Source: Eledone cirrhosa (taxonomy: Eukaryota). From it: a stretch of DNA of 64,000 nucleotides. Numbering within the stretch: position 1 is the first letter of the stretch; each line of letters starts with the position of its first letter. The position numbers were made by a program, and so were the translations under genes. The notes under the pieces were generated by a model. That model was not told where the DNA came from and did not search any database. It saw only the letters and a list, made by a program, of their open reading frames with translations. Shown in pieces: positions 1-12,302 of the stretch. The DNA lies in NCBI GenBank assembly GCA_964016885.1, contig OZ024744.1, forward strand, positions 1,364,001-1,428,000, read 5' to 3'.

Positions 1-3000
1 TTCACCAAGCTATCTTTCTCTACCTTGTCTTCCCTCAAACCTTCGTTCTTCACCAAGCTATCTTTCTCTACCTTGTCTTCCCCCAAAACTTCGTTCTTCA
101 CCAAGCTATCTTTCTCTACATTGTCTTTCCCAAAACTTCGTTCTTCACCAAGCTATCTTTCTCTACCTTGTCTTCCTCCAAAACTTCGTTGTTCACCAAG
201 CTATCTTTCTCTACCTCGTCTTCCCCCAAAACTTCGTTCTTCACCAAGCTATCTTTCTCTACCTTGTCTTCCCCCAAAACTTCGTTCTTCACCAAGCTAT
301 CTTTCTCTACCTTGTCTTCCCACAAAACTTCGTTCTTCACCAAGCTATCTTTCTCTACCTTGTCTTCCCACAAAACGTCGTTCTTCACCAAGCTATCTTT
401 CTCTACCTTGTCTTCCCTCAAAACTTCGTTCTTCACCAAGCTATCTTTTTCGACCTTATCTTCCCCAAAACTTCGTTATTCACCAAGCTATCTTTCTCTA
501 CCTTGTCTTCCCTCAAAACTTCGTTCTTCACCAAGCTATCTTTCTCTACCTTGTCTTCCCACAAAACGTCATTCTTCACCAAGCTATCTTTCTCTACCTT
601 GTCTTCCTTCAAAACTTCGTTCTTCACCAAGCTATCTTTCTCTACCTTGTCTTCCCTCAAAACGTCGTTCTTCACCAAGCTATCTTTCTCTACCTTGTCC
701 TCCCACAAAACTTCGTTCTTCACCAAGCTATCTTTCTCTACCTTGTCTTCCCCCAAAACTTCGTTCTTCGCAAGCTATCTTTCTCTACCTTGTCTTCCGT
801 CAAAACTTCGTTCTTCACCAAGATATCTTTCTCTACCTTGTCTTCCCACAAAACGTCGTTCTTCACCAAGCTATCTTTCTCTACCTTGTCTTCCCTCAGA
901 ACTCCGTTCTTCACCAAGCTATCTTTCTCTACCTTGTCTTCCCCCAAAACTTCGTTCTTCACCAAGCTATCTTTCTCTACATTGTCTTCCCCAAAACTTC
1001 GTTCTTCACCAAGCTATCTTTCTCTACCTTGTCTTCCCTCAAAACGTCGTTCTTCACCAAGCTATCTTTCTCTACCTTGTCTTCCCCCAAAACTTCGTTC
1101 TTCACCAAGCTATCTTTATCTACCTTGTCTTCCCCCAAAACTTCGTTCTTCACCAAGCTATCTTTCTCGACCTTGTCTTCCCTCAAAACTTCGTTCTTCA
1201 CCAAGCTATCTTTCTCTACCTTGTCTTCCCCCAAAACTTCGTTCTTCACCAAGCTATCTTTCTCTACCTTGTCTTCCCTCAAAACTTCGTTCTTCACCAA
1301 GCTATCTTTTTCGACCTTGTCTTCCCCCAAAACTTCGTTATTCACCAAGCTATCTTTCTCTACCTTGTCTTCCCTCAAAACTTCGTTCTTCACCAAGCTA
1401 TCTTTCTCTACCTTGTCTTCCCACAAAACGTCATTCTTCACCAAGCTATCTTTCTCTACCTTGTCTTCCTTCAAAACTTCGTTCTTCACCAAGCTATCTT
1501 TCTCTACCTTGTCTTCACTCAAAACGTCGTTCTTCACCAAGCTATCTTTCTCTACCTTGTCTTCCCCAAAACTTCGTTCTTCACCAAGCTATCTTTCTCT
1601 ACATTGTCTTCCCCAAAACTTCGTTCTTCACCAAGCTATCTTTCTCTACCTTGTCTTCCCCCAAAACTTCGTTGTTCACCAAGCTATCTTTCTCTACCTC
1701 GTCTTCCCCCAAAACTTCGTTCTTCACCAAGCTATCTTTCTCTACCTTGTCTTCCCCCAAAACTTCGTTCTTCACCAAGCTATCTTTCTCTACCTTGTCC
1801 TCCCACAAAACTTCGTTCTTCACCAAGCTATCTTTCTCTACTTTGTCTTCCCTCAAAACTTCGTTCTTCACCAAGCTATCTTTCTCTACCTTGTCTTCCC
1901 CCAAAACTTCGTTCTTCACCAAGCTATCTTTCTCTACCTTGTCTTCCCACAAAACGTCGTTCTTCACCAAGCTATCTTTCTCTACCTTGTCTTCCCTCAA
2001 AACTTCGTTCTTCACCAAGCTATCTTTCTCTACCTTGTCTTCCCCCAAAACTTCGTTCTTCACCAAGCTATCTTTCTCTACCTTGTCTTCCCTCAAAACT
2101 TCGTTCTTCACCAAGCTATCTTTCTCTAGCTTGTCTTCATACAAAACATCGTTCTTCACCAAGCTATCTTTCTCTACCTTGTCTTCCCACAAAACGTCAT
2201 TCTTCACCAAGCTATCTTTCTCTACCTTGTCTTCCGTCAAAACTTCGTTCTTCACCAAGATATCTTTCTCTACCTTGTCTTCCCACAAAACGTCGTTCTT
2301 CACCAAGCTATCTTTCTCTACCTTGTCTTCCCTCAGAACTCCGTTCTTCACCAAGCTATCTTTCTCTACCTTGTCTTCCCCCAAAACTTCGTTCTTCACC
2401 AAGCTATCTTTCTCTACATTGTCTTCCCCAAAACTTCGTTCTTCACCAAGCTATCTTTCTCTACCTTGTCTTCCCTCAAAACGTCGTTGTTCACCAAGCT
2501 ATCTTTCTCTACCTTGTCTTCCCCTAAAACTTCGTTCTTCACCAAGCTATCTTTATCTACCTTGTCTTCCCCCAAAACTTCGTTCTTCACCAAGTCATCT
2601 TTCTCTACCTTGTCATCCCACAAAACGTCGTTCTTCACCAAGCTATCTTTCTCTATTTTGTCTTCCCTCAAAACGTCGTTCTTCACCAAGCTATCTTTCT
2701 CTACCTTGTCTTCCCTCAAAATTTCGTTCTTCACCAAGCTATCTTTCTCGACCTTGTCTTCTCCCAAAACTTCGTTATTCACCAAGCTATCTTTCTCTAC
2801 CTTGTCTTCCCCCAAAACTTCGTTATTCACCAAGCTATCTTTCGCTACCTTGTCATCCCTCAAAACTTCGTTCTTCACCAATCTATCTTTCTCTGCCTTG
2901 TCTTCCCCCAAAACTTCGTTCTTCACCAAGCTATCTTTCTCTACCTTGTCTTCACACAAAACTTCGTTCTTCACCAAGCTATCTTTCTCTACCTTGTCTT

Positions 3001-5465
3001 CCCACAAAACGTCATTCTTCACCAAGCTATCTTTCTCTACCTTGTCTTCCGTCAAAACTTCGTTCTTCACCAAGATATCTTTCTCTACCTTGTCTTCTCC
3101 CAAAACTTCGTTCTTCACCAAGCTATCTTTCTCTACCTTGTCTTCCCTCAGAACTTCGTTCTTCACCAAGCTATCTTTCTCTACCTTGTCTTCCCCCAAA
3201 ACTTCGTTCTTCACCAAGCTATCTTTCTCTACATTGTCTTCCCCAAACTTCGTTCTTCACCAAGCTATCTTTCTCTACCTTGTCTTTCATCAAAACGTCG
3301 TTCTTCACCAAGCTCTCTCTCTCTACCTTGTCTTCCCTCAAAACGTCGTTCTTCACCAAGCTATTTTTTTCTACCTTGTCTTCCCTCAAAACATCGTTCT
3401 TCACCAAGCTATCTTTCTCTACCTTGTCTTCCCTCAAAACTTCGTTCTTCACCAAGCTATCTTTCTCTACCTTGTCTTCCCTCAAAACGTCGTTCTTCAC
3501 CAAGCTATCTTTCTCTACCTTCTCTTCCCCCAAAACTTCGTTCTTCACCAAGCTATCTTTCTCTACCTTGTCTTCCCCCAAAACTTCGTTCTTCGCAAGC
3601 TATCTTTCTCTACCTTGTCTTCCCCCAAAACTTCGTTCTTCACCAAGCTATCTTTCTCTACCTTGTCTTCCCACAAAACGTCGTTCTTCACCAAGCTATC
3701 TTCCTCTACCTTGTCTTCCCTCAAAACGTCGTTCTTCACCAAGCTATCTTTCTCTACCTTGTCTTCCCTCAAAACATCGTTCTTCACCAAGCTATCTTTC
3801 TCTACCTTGTCTTCTCCCAAAACTTCGTTATTCACCAAGCTATCTTTCTCTACCTTGTCTTCCCCCAAAACTTCGTTGTTCACCAAGCTATCTTTCTCTA
3901 CCTCGTCTTCCCCCAAAACTTCGTTCTTCACCAAGCTATCTTTCTCTACCTTGTCTTCCCCCAAAACTTCGTTCTTCACCAAGCTATCTTTCTCTACCTT
4001 GTCTTCCCACAAAACTTCGTTCTTCACCAAGCTATCTTTCTCTACCTTGTCTTCCCACAAAACTTCGTTCTTCACCAAGCTATCTTTCTCTACCTTGTCT
4101 TCCCACAAAACGTCATTCTTCACCAAGCTATCTTTCTCTACCTTGTCTTCCGTCAAAACTTCGTTCTTCACCAAGATATCTTTCTCTACATTGTCTTCCC
4201 CAAAACTTCGTTCCTCACCAAGCTATCTTTCTCTACCTTGTCTTCCCTCAAAAAGTCGTTCTTCACCAAGCTATCTTTCTCTACCTTGTCTTCTCCCAAA
4301 TCTTCGTTATTCACCAAGCTATCTTTCTCTACCTTGTCTTCCCTCAAACCTTCGTTCTTCACCAAGCTATCTTTCTCTACCTTGTCTTCCCCCAAAACTT
4401 CGTTCTTCACCAAGCTATCTTTCTCTACATTGTCTTCCCCAAAACTTCGTTCTTCACCAAGCTATCTTTCTCTACCTTGTCTTCCTCCAAAACTTCGTTG
4501 TTCACCAAGCTATCTTTCTCTACCTCGTCTTCCCCCAAAACTTCGTTCTTCACCAAGCTATCTTTCTCTACCTTGTCTTCCCCCAAAACTTCGTTCTTCA
4601 CCAAGCTATCTTTCTCTACCTTGTCTTCCCACAAAACTTCGTTCTTCACCAAGCTATCTTTCTCTACCTTGTCTTCCCACAAAACGTCGTTCTTCACCAA
4701 GCTATCTTTCTCTACCTTGTCTTCCCTCAAAACTTCGTTCTTCACCAAGCTATCTTTTTCGACCTTATCTTCCCCAAAACTTCGTTATTCACCAAGCTAT
4801 CTTTCTCTACCTTGTCTTCCCTCAAAACTTCGTTCTTCACCAAGCTATCTTTCTCTACCTTGTCTTCCCACAAAACGTCATTCTTCACCAAGCTATCTTT
4901 CTCTACCTTGTCTTCCTTCAAAACTTCGTTCTTCACCAAGCTATCTTTCTCTACCTTGTCTTCCCTCAAAACGTCGTTCTTCACCAAGCTATCTTTCTCT
5001 ACCTTGTCCTCCCACAAAACTTCGTTCTTCACCAAGCTATCTTTCTCTACCTTGTCTTCCCCCAAAACATCGTTCTTCGCAAGCTATCTTTCTCTACCTT
5101 GTCTTCCGTCAAAACTTCGTTCTTCACCAAGATATCTTTCTCTACCTTGTCTTCCCACAATACGTCATTCTTCACCAAGCTATCTTTCTCTACCTTGTCT
5201 TCCCTCAGAACTCCGTTCTTCACCAAGCTATCTTTCTCTACCTTGTCTTCCCCCAAAACTTCGTTCTTCACCAAGCTATCTTTCTCTACATTGTCTTCCC
5301 CAAAACTTCGTTCTTCACCAAGCTATCTTTCTCTACCTTGTCTTCCCTCAAAACGTCGTTCTTCACCAAGCTATCTTTCTCTACCTTGTCTTCCCCCAAA
5401 ACTTCGTTCTTCACCAAGCTATCTTTATCTACCTTGTCTTCCCCCAAAACTTCGTTCTTCACCAA
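1..5465. repeat. Dispersed duplicate block within the array: about 1-1155 repeated at about 4310-5465 (offset 4309 bp = 90 monomers - 11)
   Basis: ORFs 116..439/4425..4748, 433..756/4742..5065 and 738..965/5047..5274 share offset 4309. Rare variants CTTCCTCCAAAA (about 172/4481) and CGACCTTATCTTCCCCAAAA (about 451/4760) occur in both copies. Confidence 0.9.
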
Positions 5466-8400
5466 GTCATCTTTCTCTACCTTGTCATCCCACAAAACGT
5501 CGTTCTTCACCAAGCTATCTTTCTCTATTTTGTCTTCCCTCAAAACGTCGTTCTTCACCAAGCTATCTTTCTCTACCTTGTCTTCCCTCAAAATTTCGTT
5601 CTTCACTAAGCTATCTTTCTCGACCTTGTCTTCTCCCAAAACTTCGTTATTCACCAAGCTATCTTTCTCTACCTTGTCTTCCCCCAAAACTTCGTTATTC
5701 ACCAAGCTATCTTTCGCTACCTTGTCTTCCCTCAAAACTTCGTTCTTCACCAAGCTATCTTTCTCTACCTTGTCTTCCCCCAAAACTTCGTTCTTCACCA
5801 AGCTATCTTTCTCTACCTTGTCTTCCCTCAAAACTTCGTTCTTCACCAAGCTATCTTTTTCGACCTTGTCTTCCCCCAAAACTTCGTTATTCACCAAGCT
5901 ATCTTTCTCTACCTTGTCTTCCCTCAAAACTTCGTTCTTCACCAAGCTATCTTTCTCTACCTTGTCTTCCCACAAAACGTCATTCTTCACCAAGCTATCT
6001 TTCTCTACCTTGTCTTCCTTCAAAACTTCGTTCTTCACCAAGCTATCTTTCTCTACCTTGTCTTCCCTCAAAACGTCGTTCTTCACCAAGCTATCTTTCT
6101 CTACCTTGTCTTCCCCAAAACTTCGTTCTTCACCAAGCTATCTTTCTCTACATTGTCTTCCCCAAAACTTCGTTCTTCACCAAGCTATCTTTCTCTACCT
6201 TGTCTTCCCCCAAAACTTCGTTGTTCACCAAGCTATCTTTCTCTACCTTGTCCTCCCACAAAACTTCGTTCTTCACCAAGCTATCTTTCTCTACTTTGTC
6301 TTCCCTCAAAACTTCGTTCTTCACCAAGCTATCTTTCTCTACCTTGTCTTCCCCCAAAACTTCGTTCTTCACCAAGCTATCTTTCTCTACCTTGTCTTCC
6401 CACAAAACGTCGTTCTTCACCAAGCTATCTTTCTCTACCTTGTCTTCCCTCAAAACTTCGTTCTTCACCAAGCTATCTTTCTCTACCTTGTCTTCCCCCA
6501 AAACTTCGTTCTTCACCAAGCTATCTTTCTCTACCTTGTCTTCCCCCAAAACTTCGTTCTTCACCAAGCTATCTTTTTCGACCTTGTCTTCCCCCAAAAC
6601 TTCGTTATTCACCAAGCTATCTTTCTCTACCTTGTCTTCCCTCAAAACTTCGTTCTTCACCAAGCTATCTTTCTCTACCTTGTCTTCCCACAAAACGTCA
6701 TTCTTCACCAAGCTATCTTTCTCTACCTTGTCTTCCTTCAAAACTTCGTTCTTCACCAAGCTATCTTTCTCTACCTTGTCTTCCCTCAAAACGTCGTTCT
6801 TCACCAAGCTATCTTTCTCTACCTTGTCCTCCCACAAAACTTCGTTCTTCACCAAGCTATCTTTCTCTACCTTGTCTTCCCCCAAAACTTCGTTCTTCGC
6901 AAGCTATCTTTCTCTACCTTGTCTTCCGTCAAAACTTCGTTCTACACCAAGATATCTTTCTCTACCTTGTCTTCCCACAAAACGTCGTTCTTCACCAAGC
7001 TATCTTTATCTACCTTGTCTTCCCTCAGAACTTCGTTCTTCACCAAGCTATCTTTCTCTACCTTGTCTTCCCCCAAAACTTCGTTCTTCACCAAGCTATC
7101 TTTCTCTACATTGTCTTCCCCAAAACTTCGTTCTTCACCAAGCTATCTTTCTCTACCTTGTCTTCCCTCAAAACGTCGTTCTTCACCAAGCTATTTTTCT
7201 CTACCTTGTCTTCCCCCAAAACTTCGTTCTTCACCAAGCTATCTTTCTCTACATTGTCTTCCCCAAAACTTCGTTCTTCACCAAGCTATCTTTCTCTACC
7301 TTGTCTTCCCTCAAAACGTCGTTCTTCACCAAGCTATCTTTCTCTACCTTGTCTTCCCCCAAAACTTCGTTCTTCACCAAGCTATCTTTATCTACCTTGT
7401 CTTCCCCCAAAACTTCGTTCTTCACCAAGTCATCTTTCTCTACCTTGTCATCCCACAAAACGTCGTTCTTCACCAAGCTATCTTTCTCTATTTTGTCTTC
7501 CCTCAAAACGTCGTTCTTCACCAAGCTATCTTTCTCTACCTTGTCTTCCCTCAAAATTTCGTTCTTCACCAAGCTATCTTTCTCGACCTTGTCTTCTCCC
7601 AAAACTTCGTTATTCACCAAGCTATCTTTCTCTACCTTGTCTTCCCCCAAAACTTCGTTATTCACCAAGCTATCTTTCGCTACCTTGTCTTCCCTCAAAA
7701 CTTCGTTCTTCACCAAGCTATCTTTCTCTACCTTGTCTTCCCCCAAAACTTCGTTCTTCACCAAGCTATCTTTCTCTACCTTGTCTTCCCTCAAAACTTC
7801 GTTCTTCACCAAGCTATCTTTTTCGACCTTGTCTTCCCCCAAAACTTCGTTATTCACCAAGCTATCTTTCTCTACCTTGTCTTCCCTCAAAACTTCGTTC
7901 TTCACTAAGCTATCTTTCTCTACCTTGTCTTCCCACAAAACGTCATTCTTCACCAAGCTATCTTTCTCTACCTTGTCTTCCTTCAAAACTTCGTTCTTCA
8001 CCAAGCTATCTTTCTCTACCTTGTCTTCCCTCAAAACGTCGTTCTTCACCAAGCTATCTTTCTCTACCTTGTCTTCCCCAAAACTTCGTTCTTCACCAAG
8101 CTATCTTTCTCTACATTGTCTTCCCCAAAACTTCGTTCTTCACCAAGCTATCTTTCTCTACCTTGTCTTCCCCCAAAACTTCGTTGTTCACCAAGCTATC
8201 TTTCTCTACCTCGTCTTCCCCCAAAACTTCGTTCTTCACCAAGCTATCTTTCTCTACCTTGTCTTCCCCCAAAACTTCGTTCTTCACCAAGCTATCTTTC
8301 TCTACCTTGTCCTCCCACAAAACTTCGTTCTTCACCAAGCTATCTTTCTCTACTTTGTCTTCCCTCAAAACTTCGTTCTTCACCAAGCTATCTTTCTCTA

Positions 8401-9250
8401 CCTTGTCTTCCCCCAAAACTTCGTTCTTCACCAAGCTATCTTTCTCTACCTTGTCTTCCCACAAAACGTCGTTCTTCACCAAGCTATCTTTCTCTACCTT
8501 GTCTTCCCTCAAAACTTCGTTCTTCACCAAGCTATCTTTCTCTACCTTGTCTTCCCCCAAAACTTCGTTCTTCACCAAGCTATCTTTCTCTACCTTGTCT
8601 TCCCTCAAAACTTCGTTCTTCACCAAGCTATCTTTTTCGACCTTGTCTTCCCCCAAAACTTCGTTATTCACCAAGCTATCTTTCTCTACCTTGTCTTCCC
8701 TCAAAACTTCGTTCTTCACCAAGCTATCTTTCTCTACCTTGTCTTCCCACAAAACGTCATTCTTCACCAAGCTATCTTTCTCTACCTTGTCTTCCTTCAA
8801 AACTTCGTTCTTCACCAAGCTATCTTTCTCTACCTTGTCTTCCCTCAAAACGTCGTTCTTCACCAAGCTATCTTTCTCTACCTTGTCCTCCCACAAAACT
8901 TCGTTCTTCACCAAGCTATCTTTCTCTACCTTGTCTTCCCCCAAAACTTCGTTCTTCGCAAGCTATCTTTCTCTACCTTGTCTTCCGTCAAAACTTCGTT
9001 CTTCACCAAGATATCTTTCTCTACCTTGTCTTCCCACAAAACGTCGTTCTTCACCAAGCTATCTTTCTCTACCTTGTCTTCCCTCAGAACTTCGTTCTTC
9101 ACCAAGCTATCTTTCTCTACCTTGTCTTCCCCCAAAACTTCGTTCTTCACCAAGCTATCTTTCTCTACATTGTCTTCCCCAAAACTTCGTTCTTCACCAA
9201 GCTATCTTTCTCTACCTTGTCTTCCCTCAAAACGTCGTTCTTCACCAAGC
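5270..9250. repeat. Imperfect tandem duplication, period 1963 bp (41 monomers - 5), shifting to 2059 bp after two extra monomers
   Basis: Identical 267-aa ORFs 5286..6089 and 7249..8052. ORF 6148..6885 (245 aa) and ORF 8111..8944 (277 aa) differ by 32 aa, which is two monomers. Confidence 0.85.
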
Positions 9251-11040
9251 TATCTTTCTCTACCTTGTCTTCCCCCAAAACTTCGTTCTTCACCAAGCTA
9301 TCTTTATCTACCTTGTCTTCCCCCAAAACTTCGTTCTTCACCAAGTCATCTTTCTCTACCTTGTCATCCCACAAAATGTCGTTCTTCACCAAGCTATCTT
9401 TCTCTATTTTGTCTTCCCTCAAAACGTCGTTCTTCACCAAGCTATCTTTCTCTACCTTGTCTTGCCTCAAAATTTCGTTCTTCACCAAGCTATCTTTCTC
9501 GACCTTGTCTTCTCCCAAAACTTCGTTATTCACCAAGCTATCTTTCTCTACCTTGTCTTCCCCCAAAACTTCGTTATTCACCAAGCTATCTTTCGCTACC
9601 TTGTCTTCCCTCAAAACTTCGTTCTTCACCAAGCTATCTTTCTCTACCTTGTCTTCCCCCAAAACTTCGTTCTTCACCAAGCTATCTTTCTCTACCTTGT
9701 CTTCTCCCAAAACTTCGTTATTCACCAATCTATCTTTCTCTACCTTGTCTTCCCTCAAAACTTCGTTCTTCACCAAGCTATCTTTCTCTAGATTGTCTTC
9801 ACACAAAACTTCGTTCTTCACCAAGCTATCTTTCTCTACCTTGTCTTCCCACAAAACGTCATTCTTCACCAAGCTATCTTTCTCTACCTTGTCTTCCGTC
9901 AACACTTCGTTCTTCACCAAGATATCTTTCTCTACCTTGTCTCCTCCCAAAACTTCGTTCTTCACCAAGCTATCTTTCTCTACCTTGTCTTCCCCCAAAA
10001 CTCCGTTCTTCGCAAGCTATCTTTCTCTACCTTGTCTTCCGTCAAAACTTCGTTCTTCACCAAGATATCTTTCTCTACCTTGTCTTCCCACAAAACGTCG
10101 TTCTTCACCAAGCTATCTTTCTCTACCTTGTCTTCCCTCAGAACTTCGTTCTTCACCAAGCTATCTTTCTCTACCTTGTCTTCCCCCAAAACTTCGTTCT
10201 TCACCAAGCTATCTTTCTCTACATTGTCTTCCCCAAAACTTCGTTCTTCACCAAGCTATCTTTCTCTACCTTGTCTTCCCTCAAAACGTCGTTCTTCACC
10301 AAGCTATCTTTCTCTACCTTGTCTTCCCCCAAAACTTCGTTCTTCACCAAGCTATCTTTATCTACCTTGTCTTCCCCCAAAACTTCGTTCTTCACCAAGT
10401 CATCTTTCTCTACCTTGTCATCCCACAAAACGTCGTTCTTCACCAAGCTATCTTTCTCTATTTTGTCTTCCCTCAAAACGTCGTTCTTCACCAAGCTATC
10501 TTTCTCTACCTTGTCTTCCCTCAAAATTTCGTTCTTCACCAAGCTATCTTTCTCGACCTTGTCTTCTCCCAAAACTTCGTTATTCACCAAGCTATCTTTC
10601 TCTACCTTGTCTTCCCCCAAAACTTCGTTATTCACCAAGCTATCTTTCGCTACCTTGTCTTCCCTCAAAACTTCGTTCTTCACCAAGCTATCTTTCTCTA
10701 CCTTGTCTTCCCCCAAAACTTCGTTCTTCACCAAGCTATCTTTCTCTACCTTGTCTTCTCCCAAAACCTCGTTATTCACCAAGCTATCTTTCTCTACCTT
10801 GTCTTCCCTCAAAACTTCGTTCTTCACCAAGCTATCTTTCTCTAGATTGTCTTCACACAAAACTTCGTTCTTCACCAAGCTATCTTTCTCTACCTTGTCT
10901 TCCCACAAAACGTCATTCTTCACCAAGCTATCTTTCTCTACCTTGTCTTCCGTCAAAACTTCGTTCTTCACCAAGATATCTTTCTCTACCTTGTCTCCTC
11001 CCAAAACTTCGTTCTTCACCAAGCTATCTTTCTCTACCTT
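8900..11040. repeat. Tandem duplication, period 1054 bp (22 monomers - 2)
   Basis: ORF pairs 8926..9153/9980..10207 and ends 9165/10219. Rare markers CTCTAGATTGTCTTCACAC (about 9786/10840) and GTCTCCTCCC (about 9939/10993) share offset 1054. Confidence 0.88.
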
Positions 11041-12302
11041 GTCTTCCCTCAGAACTTCGTTCTTCACCAAGTTATCTTTCTCTACCTTGTCTTCCCCCAA
11101 AACTTCGTTCTTCACCAAGCTATCTTTCTCTACATTGTCTTCCCCAAAACTTCGTTCTTCACCAAGCCATCTTTCACGACCTTGTCTTCCCTCAAAACGT
11201 CGTTCTTCACCAAGCTATCTTTCTCTACCTCGTCTTCCCTCAAAACTTCGTTCTTCACCAAGCTATCTTTCTCTACTTTGTCTTCCCCCAAAACTTTGTT
11301 CTTCACCAAGCTATCTTTCTCTACCTTGTCTTCCCCCAAAACTTCGTTCTTCACCAAGCTATCTTTCTCTACCTTGTCTTCCCCTAAAACTTCGTTCTTC
11401 ACCAAGCTATCTTTCTCTAGCTTGTCTTCATACAAAACTTCGTTCTTCACCAAGCTATCTTTCTCTACCTTGTCTTCCCACAAAACGTCATTCTTCACCA
11501 AGCTATCTTTCTCTACCTTGTCTTCCGTCAAAACTTCGTTCTTCACCAAGCTATCTTTCTCTAACTTGTCTTCCCTCAAAACGTCGTTCTTCACCAAGCT
11601 ATCTTTCTCTACCTTGTCTTCCCCCAAAACTTCGTTCTTCACCAAGCTATCTTTCTCTACCTTGTCTTCCCCCAAAACTTCGTTCTTCGCAAGCTATCTT
11701 TCTCTACCTTGCCTTCCCCCAAAACTTCGTTCTTCACCAAGCTATCTTTCTCTACCTTGTCTTCCCACAAAACGTCGTTCTTCACCAAGCTATCTTTCTC
11801 TACCTTGTCTTCCCTCAAAACGTCGTTCTTCACCAAGCTATCTTTCTCTACCTTGTCTTCCCTCAAAACATCGTTCTTCACCAAGCTATCTTTCTCTACC
11901 TTGTCTTCTCCCAAAACTTCGTTATTCACCAAGCTATCTTTCTCTACCTTGTCTTCCCTCAAAACTTCGTTCTTCACCAAGCTATCTTTCTCTACCTTGT
12001 CTTCCCCCAAAACTTCGTTCTTCACCAAGCTATCTTTCTCTACCTTGTCTTCCCCCAAAACTTCGTTCTTCACCAAGCTATCTTTCTCTAGCTTGTCTTC
12101 ACACAAAACTTCGTTCTTCACCAAGCTATCTTTCTCTACCTTGTCTTCCCACAAAACGTCATTCTTCACCAAGCTATCTTTCTCTACCTTGTCTTCCGTC
12201 GAAACTTCGTTCTTCACCAAGATATCTTTCTCTACCTTGTTTTCTCCCAAAACTTCGTTCTTCACCAAGCTATCTTTCTCTACCTTGTCTTCCCTCAGAA
12301 CT

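Noticed and set aside
89-105. CENP-B-box-like motif CTTCGTTCTTCACCAAG
   Set aside because: It shares the CTTCGTT start, but against the core NTTCGNNNNANNCGGGN only 5 of 9 essential bases match. The A and the GGG are missing.
5600-7910. CACTAAG allele at non-equivalent positions (about 5604 and about 7903) of the 1963-bp duplicate pair
   Set aside because: This single C>T change could be a recurrent mutation or a base error, which is too little to call gene conversion.
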